The notes under the pieces were generated by a model. The model was given only the letters and a program-made list of their open reading frames with translations, was not told where the DNA came from and ran no database searches. A DNA stretch of 64,000 nucleotides from Perna viridis (taxonomy: Eukaryota), in assembly GCA_037379345.1 (NCBI GenBank), contig CM074519.1:22718103-22782102 (forward strand). The letters are read 5' to 3'. How positions within the stretch are numbered: position 1 is the first letter of the stretch; the number at the start of each line of letters is the position of its first letter. The translations under genes were made by a program, and so were the position numbers. Shown here piece after piece: positions 1-14,365 of the stretch.

Positions 1-1274
1 ATCTATTTTTGTATTATTGGGACGTTTCGGAATGGATTAAGACTGACATGCATGGAAACAAATGCTCCTTCTGGGTTGGCCGTATCATCACACATGTCTC
101 TTGATTTATTTCCTGAGAAAAAGTGATACTCCTGACGTCATTTACAAGTTTGAAAAGAATATAAAAAATATTTAAATTGCAAAATAGCTATTTAATGCAT
201 TTCCTTTTGAATAATTACATTTGATTTAAAGTTTTAAGAAAACCGCCTCTAATCAGTGGCTTCACTTTTTCATTAAGTCATCTCTAAAGGCAGATTAGTC
301 TTATAATACTGCAGAGTCCAGCTTTTGTGTACAAATCAAATGTTTCTAAGAAGCAGAAACCAATCGAATTAAGTTTCATTTTATAAATTCCATGTATTTT
401 TAACCTTGTTTCACCGAAAACCTGTCTTATCTGAAACCAAAATTTCAAGCGTGTGGGTTCGGTTTATACTGTCTTACTTGTATCTGTGACTTGTTCTTCG
501 CCTATTTAAGGTAATTTGAATACTTACCCCCAAGAGAAATATATGCATCGACAGTGGCTGGGTTTGATATATCGATGGATAGCTCAACTTCCTGATTTAA
601 TAATTTGAACTTCAATTTAGGTGTCACAGAAATACTTTTCACTTTCAAAAGGACATTCCATTCATCAACAAAAATCCCAGTCAGAAGCTAAACGTAAAAA
701 GACAAATAGATCACAGACTAGATAGAGGTAACTGAGTACATTCATGACATTTTCAATGTCAAAGTAGTTCTGGATAAAATTCAGTTGTGTAATGTGGTGT
801 TCTATTACACCGTTTGTCTTAGTTAGTTTAGTTATTTAGTTTTTGTTTGCTTTTAGTTAGTTTAGTTATTTAGTTTTTGTTTGCTTTTATACTATGCTAA
901 AATAGAAGTGTTTCTTTCTCTGTTTTTTTTTTTCATTTTATAATTCAATTCAATTCTTCCCTTCATCCCGTATAGCTTTGTTATATTTAAATACATTACT
1001 CTGACTGAAAATTAAAAAAAAAAACATAAATATTGAGAATAAAAAAAAGAATTCTCACAGTTGACAGGCTTGGACTTCCAATATATATCTCAGCGTTACT
1101 ATCAATAGAAACGCTAAAAATACTGCTTTCATATCTCCAACGGACATTCGCATCTAGCCAAACGTTTGCTGCAGAGGATATCCTGAAATTGATGATATAC
1201 ATTAAACGCTCTCTTTTTTCAAAATTATAAATATAAATTTCCCTTAGTAATGGGCGGTTTAAATCAGTTGTCTA

Positions 1275-1752
1275 CTTTGCCAGAGCATGTCGAAACTTCG
1301 CAGACTTTTTGTATCGCGCTCTAGAACTCAAATATGCTCCTGGAACAGGTTTATGTTGCTACACGATTGAAGTCATCACTACAGAAGATTTATGGTCGTC
1401 ATCATGAACTCTTGGATCGTTGTGGTGTATCCACCAGCACCATGAAAACTGATTTATTCAACGGGTCATAGTTTTCCTTTCCTCGTTTTTCTACCCCGGA
1501 CTTGAATGTGTATGTGCAACTCGGCGGGTGTTTCTAGAAAAGCAGATGACGCTTACCCTATCGGTGCACCTGGTCCAAGTTCCCAGTTTTTAGTACAGTC
1601 ACAATTGCTCATTTGCTTTTGTTACTTTATATGTATGATTTTAGTTACTTTATGTTTTTTGTTGTGTGTGTCTGTTTTCTATGTCTGATATTTATACCTG
1701 GGTTGTATTCTTTTGATTACCGCTGTAACCTTGGTTCTCTTGATTACCCTTC
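1275..1752 (+). mobile_element. PLE 3' fragment: RT C-terminus (RLKSSLQKIYGRHHELLDR...) plus structured 3' UTR
   Basis: Aligns by eye to 33695-34107 and shares the common 3' end TTGATTAC(T/C)CT. More decayed RT sequence may extend to ~1080. Confidence 0.8.
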
Positions 1753-4115
1753 CACTCTGAATGGTAAAATATATGTTTTCGATTTTCAAGCGTTTTCCTA
1801 AATAGGCTACAGAAAAATCTGTTTTTTTAAATGAAATATGCAGAAAACTTGGATATTGTAAAATGATGATAACTGTCTGGCAAAAATTGAATAACCATTC
1901 GTTCACGTACATCTTTAATCACAAGTTTAAAGTGGAAGAACATTTGTTAATGTATCTTTGAATATTTCAATGGTTCTATTTGTATGCAGTTTCATACACA
2001 TATACATTAACCAAATTCTGAACTGTTTTACCGTATGTTTCATTAATTCCCATTTTATTATTTACCCCTTATCTCTAAAAATACCATGCAAAATTGTCCA
2101 CATGGGGTGGAAGGGGGCATTGGTCCTGGAAGTTTTCTTTTACATTTGTGGATAAGCATCATGGAAGAAGATTTTACTGGTACCCTGTGAATTTACTCAG
2201 TATAACCCATAGTGTATTGGGAACCATTTTTCATTTTTTAGACAGCCAATATTTAATGACTTGTCGCATTACTAGTGGCTTGAAATGAAGTTTAACATCA
2301 ACGAAATATGACGACTGTTGGTATGTATTGAGAGAATGTACATTTGTGTTTTGTTCAACAATAGACACAACATAATACGACAACCGGAACAAAATATGAA
2401 TAAACAGGAAAATTATCCATGGTAAACCTTATCTGGAATAAATCATAAACTAAATGGGTTTTATTTTCTTGTAAATGTAAATCTAGTGTATTTATTTTTA
2501 GTGTTGTAGAATCTGCATTATATATATTTAAATGGTATTAAACTGAATAGCTTTTATTTATCTACGTACAAGATACTTGTCCAATTTTATAAATAAAAAG
2601 TGGGAAATATAACCGAAATTATTCATTAATATCTTTCGCTTATGAACTATAATATTATTATTGAAATACATGCTTGGTGTCAGCTTCCAGATCTGTTGAA
2701 ACAGCTGACTGCTTGACTGAGATTTTAATATTCTTACATTCTGATATCTCGCTATGTATTATGGTCGTGAAAATATATGAAAAAGATCCATACAAAAGTT
2801 TGTCCTTTTTTGCAGAAAATAAAATTCCTTTGGAAGAATTTTATCTATATAGAACCTTCTATGTACAATTTTTAGAAGTCTGCAATGTAGGTATCATCAG
2901 TTATACTAAAACCTGGAATTCGTCTAGTATTCACATAAATGAGATGTATATCAATTTAAATACATAGAAATAAATGAAAAAAAAAATAAAAATAAATAAA
3001 TAAAAATGTATAAATATTTATTTATAAAAAGAAATTCACAAAATTTGTTTTACTGCTGAAATTGTACATTACAATAGGGAATATGCATATTAAAATTAAT
3101 TAGTTCTGTTGGAATTAAGGTAAATAATTTTAACTGGTTACTGTGGAAACAATCAATAATTGCCCAGGAGATTAAACCTAATAAATCAAGTACAGATATG
3201 TTAACTGGAAAATATGATGTAAGGTAATCATGAAATACGACACTACTTTATAAAGATTATTCCATCTAATTTATGCTAAAACTATCAATTTTATTGCATT
3301 AAGGAAACTATTTTTGTTCGGTAAAACGACAAACTGTAAATACACTATTTGTGTATTGGACAGACCTATCATAGCACTTCTTCATATATGTTGAAAGAGT
3401 TATCAAGGGAACCAAGGTTATAGCGGAAATCAAAAGAATGTAATCCAGGGACAAAGACCAAACATGGAAAACAGACATACACAACAAAGAACATTAAATA
3501 ATTAAAATCATACATACAAAGTAACAAAAGTAAATGAGCAACTTGGACTTTGAAAATTGTTTTTGGCCAGTCGGAGTACACGACAATAAGATAATAAAAT
3601 AATCTGTATTCATTGGAGTTTATTCTAAATTTTGGAATATCAATAGGTGACGCTGCTGGTTCTAAAATATTGTTTCCACTTTATATTTCTTTGTCTTAGC
3701 AAATGCCTTGTTAGTGTGTAAAGTTTCATTAATTCTGATCAACTACTATTTGGACGCATCTATAGGCTTTTGCATGGTTTTCGCCGAGATTGGGTGTTAA
3801 AAGCTTAAACAAGGATGATTTTGCAAACAATTTTTATTTATCGAACGAGATTGGTTCTCGTTATCTAGAAGATTACACGTTCTGTAAAGAGTTAAAGGAG
3901 CAAGCATTCAGAGAATATAACATCGCTATACAAAGTTCCCTGCCGCAGAAAAATATGTGTAAAAAAGAAAAAAAAATTCCAAATGTGATAACAAAACACA
4001 ATCCATAAAAGTGAGTCTGCATTAATTTTCGAAACTCACAGACCAATACTCATTAAAACATAAAAGGACTGAAACAAAACACTTTATCTGTAACTGGTCA
4101 TGATTAAGCAAGTTA

Positions 4116-4495
4116 CAGTCCTTGAACCGATCAGCGCAACGATTTGACGGATCGATGACCATTGACTGATCGATCACTGATGGGTCGATAACCGATGACC
4201 GGTGACCAATCTGATCGCAATTTTATTATGTAAAATGACGTTAGATTTGTTTGAAATAAAAGAAATGTAAAATAAAAGTAATAATTGAATTTTGAATATA
4301 TTACATTATGTCAATATGTGTAAAATTGACAAAGAAAACAACAAAAAAACGTAAAAAAAACAGTGACCGTTCTGTGGTCACCTGATGCGATCACAGGTAT
4401 AATGTATCGGTTTGACGGGTCGATGACTGACCGGAAACTGATCGGTGATCGATGACCGATCGCAATGTTTGTTGCACGGATCGGTTCAGGTACTG
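4116..4495. mobile_element. MITE family 1 (TIR CAGTMCCTGAACCGATC, TA flanks; Tc1/mariner-like)
   Basis: Terminal inverted repeats, TA on both sides, internal GATCGGTCA repeats. Confidence 0.85.
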
Positions 4496-4967
4496 TACCT
4501 CGTACATACATGCAAGCATGACGAAAGTAAGTGGGGAAATGTTTTTGAATGAATGTTCCCAGCCCATAGGCCATAACTCAATAAAACATCATCAGACCAG
4601 CTAGAAATTCGAACTTGAACTTGTTACGGTAGTGCAAGGTATCAATGTATATTCACAGAAATAAACGATATTGATTCTTTTATATAGATATACTTTTTGC
4701 GTACATTTCTTAGATTTTTAATGAATGTTCCATGCATGTTTAGACAGCAATTTTATGTAATGCCTTAGTACAACTAGTACATTTTCTAAAATTTTAATTT
4801 TTATTATGATTTTTATTATTTCAAAATTGGTTTATTGAAATATTTAACTCAATGTATTTTAACGAAACTTTACATATTAATTTACATATTTTATATTTAC
4901 ATATCTTCTACTTGTAATTTATTATTATTATTGTTTATACATAAGCCTATGCTAATATTATATACAG

Positions 4968-5140
4968 TGTGTATGTGTGATGGTGTATGTTGGTGTGTGT
5001 GTGTTTGTGCGTGTATGTGTTGGTGTGTGTTTTTATGCGTGTTTGTGTAAGCGCGTGCATGTTGTATGATAGCGGTTAGTGGGTAAATGCGTGCATGTGT
5101 TTAGTGGGTAAATGCGTGTATATGTTCGTGAGTGTGTAAT
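4968..5140. repeat. Imperfect (GT)n low-complexity tract; other microsatellites are (CA)n at 13298-13319 and (TA)n at 35843-35872
   Basis: Direct reading. Confidence 0.8.
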
Positions 5141-5311
5141 GTTAAGCGCTTAGTGTAATATTTAATTGTGTTAGATAAGCGCTATATAAAAACTTTGTCA
5201 TAATAATAAATAATAATAAGATAAAACGTTTCTGTTCAGATAAGATAAAAAAGGTTTCACCTTTGTTCCAGTATTTTATATTTTAAGGAGAAAACACATT
5301 TTGTTTCATAT

Positions 5312-6207
5312 TTACCTGTATGTAAAATCTTTATGACCACTCCAAAGCATAAATGTTTTCTTCTCTGAACTGATGTTGATAGTTTTTGGCAAAGACAACC
5401 CTATACCATGTGGACGGATTTGTAACCCAGTTGAGTCTTGAAGAGATTTGAACACATTAAAATTCTCCAATATGTTACGTGACTCCGGGGGAAATAAAAG
5501 GAAAATAGTACCAGCATTGTCTTGACAAAAGTCAACAAGAAAACATAATTTGTTTCCTACAACTGGAGCCGGAAGACGTAGCTCATGCTCAAAAACTGTT
5601 ATCTTCAAACCTGAACCGAATCGGAACACGTTATAAAGATGCTCATTGTAAACAGGGGCTCCTTTACATTCTAGTATATCGTTAACCTTATTGCCCGGAA
5701 TTAAGTCAGTTCTTAAGTCGGTCATGGAAAGTATTGATGAACCCGATTTACTAAATCGAATCCATTCCGGAAGTGTATCATATAGGCGTTCAAATACGGT
5801 AGGTAAAAACGAAGCTATCATTGCATGAACATCTCGAGGAGTAATTGCAAAAAGGAAACAATGATCAGATCGCTTATTTTCAATTTTGATGTCAATGTGT
5901 TCAGAATATTTCAATGCCCCAAAGGCTAAGTCGATGCCAGATGCGGTATTAGTAACTTCTAATCCTGATATTGAAACAGGTATTGAAACGAAGCCTATCT
6001 CAACAAATACTACGCCGTAGGTGTAGTATATACTATTATTAGATGATAGTTTAAACCAATCAGATGTTGAAGAGAGGAGAATACTGCGGTTTTGACCAGT
6101 ATGTCCACATGATACGACCTCCAGCAATGCACATCCTTTCGGTAATAATCTTCTGGCAATTTTATGTACTTCAAAGATGTTCTGTTTACTACTGGATGTC
6201 CCATCGC
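5312..6207 (-). CDS. Gene A terminal exon: ~298-aa C-terminal domain of unknown family (GDGTSSSKQNIFEVHKIARRLLPKGC...KDFTYR*)
   Basis: Longest ORF in the window (300 aa). AG acceptor at 6209-6208 in phase 1, matching the upstream EGF exon; stop at 5312-5314. Confidence 0.85.
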
Positions 6208-6604
6208 CTATCAAAACAAGAGAGTATTAGTAATCAAATACATTCATTCAGCAGTATTAAGTAAATGGTGCCGAAAGATTAGATAACACTGATTCATATT
6301 GGTAAAAAAAAAAACATTTGGTTGAAAATGCAATGGAACGGTAAGTTACTGCTGCTTTTGCAAATCAATTCTCTTTTTTGTTCAAACATGTTTAATGTAA
6401 TACGTTAAATTTTGTTCCAAATAAAAAGCCTTTTCGACTACTTTTTCAATTTCAATTGTCTTAACTTTGGGGGCTTATATGGATTTCAAATTTGTTGTTT
6501 TCATTTAAGGTATTTTTTCGACTTCGCTTTGTTTTGTGTTTGTCTTTCCTTTTCTTTTTTTTTTTGTTTTGTTTTGTTTTTGTTTTATTTTGTTTTGTGT
6601 ATTA

Positions 6605-6772
<168 letters not shown>

Positions 6773-7860
6773 CTATAAATTTAAATTTCCATGAGATGTT
6801 TAAAACTGGATTAAAAAAAATCGTGGTGCAATAGACACTCAGCAGTATACAATAGTACATAGAAAACACGCCAATTCAAAAATATTTAAGTAATTTCGAA
6901 AACTTATTTATAATGCCTAAAGTATTGTTTACATGCGTTTAATTTTCTACTTTAGTGTTACATTTTCATAATGGAAAGGATCGAAAAATAATATTTTTTG
7001 GCAAACAGTTATGAATATTGATCATGATCGTGCTTCATCAAATAAAGTCAATACAAATTTTCAATTTCCTGTTAACTAAGAGCATATATATATAAAACGC
7101 CACCTAATCTTTTTTGGGGGGAAGGGATGGGGTCGGATAATTGATTGTTGTTTTCTTATTCGAAATTAAGCTCCATTTATGTTTTGTTTGGAAGTAATGA
7201 TTTTTTAATAGTACTTTTATTTCATCAACGTTCCAAAAGAATAAAAAATAAAATTTATACAAAGTTCTGATAAATGAAAACCATAATATTTAATCAATAT
7301 TTACAAAACTATTACCTTTTTCACAAATGATATTAAAAACAATAATCACTCTTAAAGCATGTGACCTTAAAAGTGATATGCTGTGTGTTTCAAAACATTT
7401 AAAAGTTTTTGTTTTCGATCTAAGCTAATAAAAACACAATCATTTAGATTTTCGGGGAAAAATGATATTAAAAACAATAATCACTCTTTGACGAGCAAGG
7501 AAATATAGAAGTTTCATTCTTTTTCGATTGTCTAATTTTGTTTCTTATTGCCTTATTGTAATATACAAATACAAAAAAAATGTTTTTCATTTAAAAAGGT
7601 ACAAGGCGTCAAAGCTGCAATAAGAATCGTCTTAGAAACAAAACCTACATATCAAATTATGCACGGGAATAGAAAGGTACATGAGTAAGATCTTGAGCTA
7701 ATTAATATATTGTCAATGCAGGGATCTTGAGCAATTATCGACACGAAGAATATATAACTCAAATGAGACCAAAATCCATTTGTATTATTGAAGTCAAAAC
7801 TAAACTAAAGGAATATTTCTTATACTGTCTCTTAGAGAGAAAAGTTGTAGACTGTTATAC

Positions 7861-7983
7861 CGTGACAGGATTTTCCATCAAATCCAAGCTGGTACCCATT
7901 TCTACATTCACAGCGAAAGGACTTGTATTCATTCACACATTTCTGACTGCAGGATATATTGTTCATCAAACACTCGTTCTTGT
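7861..7983 (-). CDS. Gene A exon: Ca-binding EGF-like (xKNECLMNNISCSQKCVNEYKSFRCECRNGYQLGFDGKSCH)
   Basis: 123 bp, AATAG acceptor and GTATAA donor, phase 1-1, 6-Cys pattern. Confidence 0.88.
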
Positions 7984-7986
7984 CTA

Positions 7987-8582
7987 TTACATATGGAGAG
8001 AAAAGTTGACAACTCTGAATGAAAAGTCATCACGTTTGTTGTAAAGTTTGATACATTGTCTTTCTTTGCCATCGACCTCTAAGTATTGGTCAAGATATGA
8101 GGCTGACCTCACATTGTCTGTAGTATCCTTTACTCCAAGTTTTGTTAGTTAGATGGGATGTATCAAATCCCCGAAACTAGGATTGTTCAAAGATAATTTG
8201 TCATTGATATAGCGAAAACTGAGATTAAAAGAATTAGCTAAACGATATTCTTTCTTTCTGATCAGATCAGCTATAAAGTCATCCACAAAAGAGTGGAGGA
8301 ATTGGTCAGCAAGCAGAATACTTGCAGTTTGTTGAAAAACGCGTACACCACATTGGACAAATCTGTTGTCGATAAAAAAAATCCAGCATTTTGGAGACAT
8401 CTTCAACTGTATATTTGGAATATGATTTCGAATTATTTGTTACAAAGTATGAGGAATCTCTACCAGGAACTATATATTTGTATCTAGGTGTACCATCTTT
8501 TTTTTTTCGAGAAACAACAGTGTATAATGTTTTTATGTCGGGATTTAACTGAGTATGTGGAATAGTAGTATACAGTGTTGAA
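7987..8582 (-). pseudogene. Decayed Penelope-like (PLE) reverse transcriptase fragment
   Basis: Translates to STLYTTIPH...FIDNxFVQCGxRVFQQT[GIPMG motif deleted]..LLADxFLHS...SFRYIND(for YIDD)...KLYNKRDDFSFRVVNF, with frameshifts. Confidence 0.88.
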
Positions 8583-9426
8583 TAGCATAACATATGATTA
8601 GTCCAAGTAAATTTCTGTATTACCTGTGATATCAATTTATTATCTACCCCAGTCACGTTCAGAAACATATAGAATGTGTTTATATGCCTTTGTAATAGTA
8701 CAGGGACAATATACAGGAAGTAATGTAAAGTATACAAACACTTTAACTCAGGTTGAGTGTAACACTTAATGGTCTCAGAACTTTTTACTACACATATAAG
8801 TTGGAAAAATGTAACTGTTCAAACAACAAGAAAAAGAAACGCTCAATTATCAAAGGTGAAGCTTAACGCATAAGGTAAATCCCCGAGGTAAAACAATACT
8901 TTACACCATAATGTATACAAAATGGCAAAAATGCGTAAATAATTGAATATAAAAAATGCATGGATATAAATATGATGAAAAAATGTTCATGACAATATAT
9001 ATGTAAGAGATCAAATAAACGACGGTAGCAAATATAGGTCATGGTAGTTTACTTCGACATTTTTAGTGTGGTAATTGGACATATCACTTTTTGACGTAAA
9101 AATCACGTGACTATTCAAGCTATAAAACTGCATTTTAAAGCATATTTTGTCAAAACTAGGTATTTGTAGCAGGAATGAATTATTTTTTTTTTGAAAACAA
9201 AAGTAAGTTTTATATATACTCAAATTTTGACTGGCAGTTTAAGTTTATTCTCAAATGTTATTATTAATTAGAGTTAATGTATGTTTTCATATCAAAGGGG
9301 AACATAGTGTATACTTTTATGAGATATGTCCACATTTATTTCAGTTGCACACCATCTAGGCGAATCCTGAACAGAAATTTAAAAAAACTAATGATTACTG
9401 AATGATAATCTTTGGAAAAAACATAC

Positions 9427-9552
9427 GCTGACACAGTGCAAATGTTCCATTGTATGCTCTTCTGAAACCTGTCATACATTTGCAGTCTCTAGCATAACTA
9501 TCCCTCCCACACGTTCCCGGCCAGCACCAACGGTTAAAAGAAGAGCAAGCAT
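9427..9552 (-). CDS. Gene A exon: EGF-like Cys-rich module (ACSSFNRWCWPGTCGRDSYARDCKCMTGFRRAYNGTFALCQ)
   Basis: 126 bp, TTTTTAG acceptor and GTATGT donor, phase 1-1, 6 Cys. Confidence 0.8.
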
Positions 9553-10471
9553 CTAAAAAGTGGGTATACACATAGATATGCACTTATTACTATATGTATT
9601 TGTAAATAGCCAATCAAATTTTTAATAGATTCCATTTACATCATATAGTAAGTCCACATTATACAAACAAGTAGAACTGTTATCGTATGATCTAGCCTTC
9701 AGATATTCTTAAGGTGTTTGATATCAAATAAAAATATTTCAATATATGTTAACATATATCATTGTAATATGACATTTAAATTCTTTGATAAAAATGTATA
9801 CAGTTTTACAAGGAAAAAGTAATTAAAAACAATACAGTGAAACCTGTCTAAACCGCCTCTTTTTGGTTTGTAGAACTTGTTCGGTTTAGACAGGTGTTCA
9901 GTTTGGCCATGAAGTTCGAACTATTATGAAAATACTTCATAGAATATCTGTTCTAGAAAAAATACAAATTAACACAAAATCATGGACACAAAACCAGGTC
10001 AGGCAAATTAAAGCTTACACATTATTAGATCTATTAGATAGAACCATCTATTCTTTATTTCATAAATCCAAGAGTTCGTCAATTGTCCTATCATTGCAAA
10101 GTGAACTTATTTCTGTCTCATCTCTTACAAAAAATGAATTTGGATTTTGATTTTGACTATTATCGAGATTGTCAATGGATGTTGTAATAATTTGTAAAGT
10201 ACCTTGTTGACGTCGCTTTGTCAAAGACGTCGGTGTGGAAGGAAGTAGTTTTAATTAGTCTATATCGTTTGTCTCTATCGCTAATATTATACAAAACTAC
10301 ATATATACCTTAAAAACGAAAATAAAATGTTTAAAAATCAATCATTTAGTATGCTCACGAAACTGCACTATTTTATTACAGGCCATATATTCCTTTTAAA
10401 ACACTATTTACTACTTGGGGATTGCTTAAAACGAATCACCTGGGAATGCTCGTAACTTAAAACAAATTTAC

Positions 10472-10570
10472 TTTCGCAAAATGGTCCTGTAAATCCAGGC
10501 GCACAAAGACAATGATCTGGTTCTAAACAGGTTCCACCGTTGGGACATGTTGTCGATCCATAACAAAGTG
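10472..10570 (-). CDS. Gene A exon: EGF (ALCYGSTTCPNGGTCLEPDHCLCAPGFTGPFCE)
   Basis: 99 bp, TTTCAG acceptor and GTAAAT donor, phase 1-1, EGF consensus. Confidence 0.9.
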
Positions 10571-11340
10571 CTGAAACATGAAATTGTTGTACAGAGGAAC
10601 AACTTAATACAGTTATGTTTCTACCCATAAATATGTGTGATCTATTTTTTTTTTCGTTGAAATATGTGACCTATTTATTTCTACACTAAATGAATTTTTT
10701 TTTTATTAAAATATTGACATAATTGTTCGAATGAAATATGGGAATATTTGTATTAAAATGTAAACACACAAATTATTTAACAAAGTCGAAAAATCACTAT
10801 TTTTTCTAACTCACTTAAAATTGTATAGTTTCATGTAGGTTATTTTTATTGGTGTGGAAAAAAAAGAATGCATAAATTTCATAGAAATGCAATTGCATAA
10901 AGAACCATAATGTTAGATCTAACTCTGGTGATAATGCTTTACTTGTGATAGTTGTAACCAAATATGCATTTGTATCTAGTATCAGTCTTTTTAAAAACCA
11001 GGCAGGAGGCGATTCATGGATGTCAAAAATCCCCTAAGCTTATATTTCTTGTACAGAAACAGTTATTGATCACATAACCAGTCTTAGTTTTTCATTTGGT
11101 CGTTGTGCTTTTGAGATAAAAATTTGTATATTTATATAATGTCCATCTATAAAACTAATCATTTTGGAACCTATTCAAATCCATTTAGGTGAGAAGTGCC
11201 ACCCCTACCCTTGAAAAAAATACTTAAACATGAACCAAAATGCCAAGTTTTAGCATAAACAATATAGAAAGACACACTAGGCAAGATTATTTAAGATATT
11301 GATGTATCCAATATATATTTTCATCACAGGTTCTTTATTC

Positions 11341-14300
11341 GCAGTTTTAGGATGACAATGATGAACTTTCTGTGGTAGATAACGATTTATAGTGCTGCGG
11401 ACAAGTATCAAAAAGTGCTTTAGTTTTCGAGTTTATTGGGCTAAAGGGAAAACGGTTATGTTATATGTTAATGGAAAGATAAATCAATGCAGTTTTTGAA
11501 TATCATTCTTTTTAAACTGAAAAATGGTAGAGTTTTCTGCTATTTTGTATTAACTAGAGATAGGATCAAAGATCAATTGATCCCAATACCCTTTGATAAG
11601 TAACTTAAGTGAAATAATTTATTGTAGGTATTAGGAAACAAGTAACATGTAAAGGTCACATGTATAGAATTTCAAAAATGTAAAAAGGAACCTTTTCTGT
11701 CGACTGTTGACTATTTAATCACAGAACAAAATCGCCCCTAAAAATGATTGAATGTAAGTGCAGTTTCAATGATTAATAGATAATAAGACACCGTAGCGTA
11801 TTTCAAAGTATATCCAAATATTCTTTACCGAATACCAAATAAAATAAACACAACGTTTTTGATTCGAACTGCAACATGAGCTTTACAAAATGTGTTTAAA
11901 GGTGCAAATGTTCACATATTTCAACTACTAATAATACTAAAATTGTAAAATACGAAATCATTTTCCGGACAACCTGTTCTGTTTCCGAACTGTTGGTACA
12001 ACAGAAAAGCATGAATATTATTAAAAGTGACATACTTTTTAAAATGATAATTATTTTTAAGCAGATAAATACAAGATTTTATAAAAAAAAAATAAAATAT
12101 TTTTCATTGTTATTCAGTAATCGAGCGCTCAACAATGTTCTTTGTGAGGAAATTGGAAGGAAGAACGGGAATCCAAAACAAACCACCACTAATACAAAAA
12201 AAACTCATAAGAATAACATATACAAATTTAAAGAATCAACTGGCAAGCTAGGGTTGATAAAATAAAATGGTGGTTTGGGCCAGGTTTATTGACTTGATAT
12301 CAATTTTAACGCTTTTTTCTGTTTTTCCTTCAGCACCCTCGAACTGTTCTTATATAAATGATGTCATTCCGGTTTAAACAAAGGAGGGAAACTCTGGCAT
12401 TCCTTAAAAGTCATCTAAATGTAGGATCTGACGATGAAAAAGAGAACGTTACAAATATTTTTTTGAAACTGGATTAATTCAAATAATATCGGCTTTTACT
12501 ATCATATAGACCGAAGAAGGTTTCCAAATTATGAGTTGCTTATTTTCGATTCCTATCTTCGTTAGGCAAAAGGGCAACTGTCCTGCCCTTCCATTGTGTG
12601 AAGGGAAGGGGACAAAGCCGTAACCCTAGGGTAGCGAAGATGCTTTTACAGCTGTGATCCCATATATAGTTAAATCAACTAACTTGCTTATTGGTATTTA
12701 GATTATAACAAATCAAAGTCAGAGTGAACCATAAAGTGGCTCACTTATTCATTCTATACGTGAAGCAGACAGACATGCTTAGCTGCCCGAAAATTAAAAC
12801 TATAACATTGTAATTGTAATTGTTCAAAACAACTTCTCTACTTTTTCAAGATATGAAAATAGAAGTAACGCACAATTCAATGCACAAATCACTTATTACA
12901 ACTGCTCTGTACATGAATGTTTACGCCGCAAAAAGGGAAGTTCAGAACAACTTATAGACAGTTAATATACAAGCGATAGATCAGAGCCCCTCTCTTTTTA
13001 ATATTCTTGATTCGCCCCTGACCTTGACAATGCTGTTTCCTTTGAACTAATATTCTATAACAACTATGTTACCATTGTGTCCTATTCATACGGCTACTTA
13101 AACTGGGATCTTTTTGAAAGGTCTGAGCTTCTTTCTTCTTTTTGCGTAATAATTTTTACAAGGAATCTGGTTCCTTTTTATCAACTCGTTTAGTACAATC
13201 CGTTCAAAGCAGCGGCATGGGATTGGTACCCCCTTTTTATTGGAAAATTTGTCATTTTCATTTTTTAAATTAACAAAATATGGTTAATAATATCCTATTA
13301 CACACACACACACACACACCCTTTTCTGAGGAACCCCAGCTGACACCCTCCTTTTTACAGTGTGGATATTGCATTATAAGCATCAGTCTGGTGCACTGTT
13401 AAACACCATAAGACGTAAATATTGTGACAACATACATGTACATGTTTGCACATGCTTCACTGCAAAGTTCAAAGTTCATAGTTTCTGTATTGTCAACTTT
13501 ATTACGAAATCCAGCCTTATCATGGGCCTTAAACCCCCAAGTCGCATTTTTTGTTTGAGAATCACTGATACATGGTTAAATCTTTACGATATCATTTGAA
13601 GTCAAATCATATTAAGACAAATGCAACAAAAAATATGTATGATTTTTGTATGTGCAAAAATAAACCACAAAATTTTAAGTTTTTTCATCAAAACGTAAGG
13701 TAGACTCGATACATTACATGTGTCTCTGTTCATAAAAACAGTCCGGAAACTAGACAAATTGTCCGGAAACAATCCTGTGTTATACATTTTTAGTACAATT
13801 AATAGTTTATGTAAAAATTTGCGACTTCAAACTTATTTTGCAAAGCGCATGTTGCAGATCGAATCGAAAACGTTGTGTTTATTTTATTTGTTATTCAGTA
13901 AAGAATAATTAGATAAACATTGTAATATTCTACGGTGTCTTATTATCTCTTAATCATTGAAAATGCATTAAAATGCAACCAATTTTAAGGGCATTTTTTT
14001 CTGTGAATAAATATTACACTTTTGACGGAAAGAGTTCCTTTTCACATTTTTGAAATTCTATACATATGATCTTTACATGTTACCTGTTTTCCGTTACCTA
14101 CAATAAACAATATCACTTAAATCGCTTATCAAAGTGTATAGGGGTCGATTGATCTTTGACCCCTCCTCTAATTAATGCAAAATAGCAGAAAACTCTACCA
14201 CTTTTCAGTTAAAAACGAATGATATTCAAAAACTACATTGATTTATCTTTCCACTGACATATGCTTTTGTCGTATACCCTGTAGGCCCATTAAAGTTCGA

Positions 14301-14365
14301 AAAATCCTTAGAGGTCCGCAGCACTATCAATTTATCTAAAAGAATGATCATCTTAAAAAAGTGCA
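11341..14365. mobile_element. Foldback-type non-autonomous DNA element with ~600-bp inverted arms
   Basis: ~11341-11980 is the reverse complement of ~13735-14365 (for example GTGCTGCGGAC/GTCCGCAGCAC and TAATAAGACACCGTAG/CTACGGTGTCTTATTA). Confidence 0.75.
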
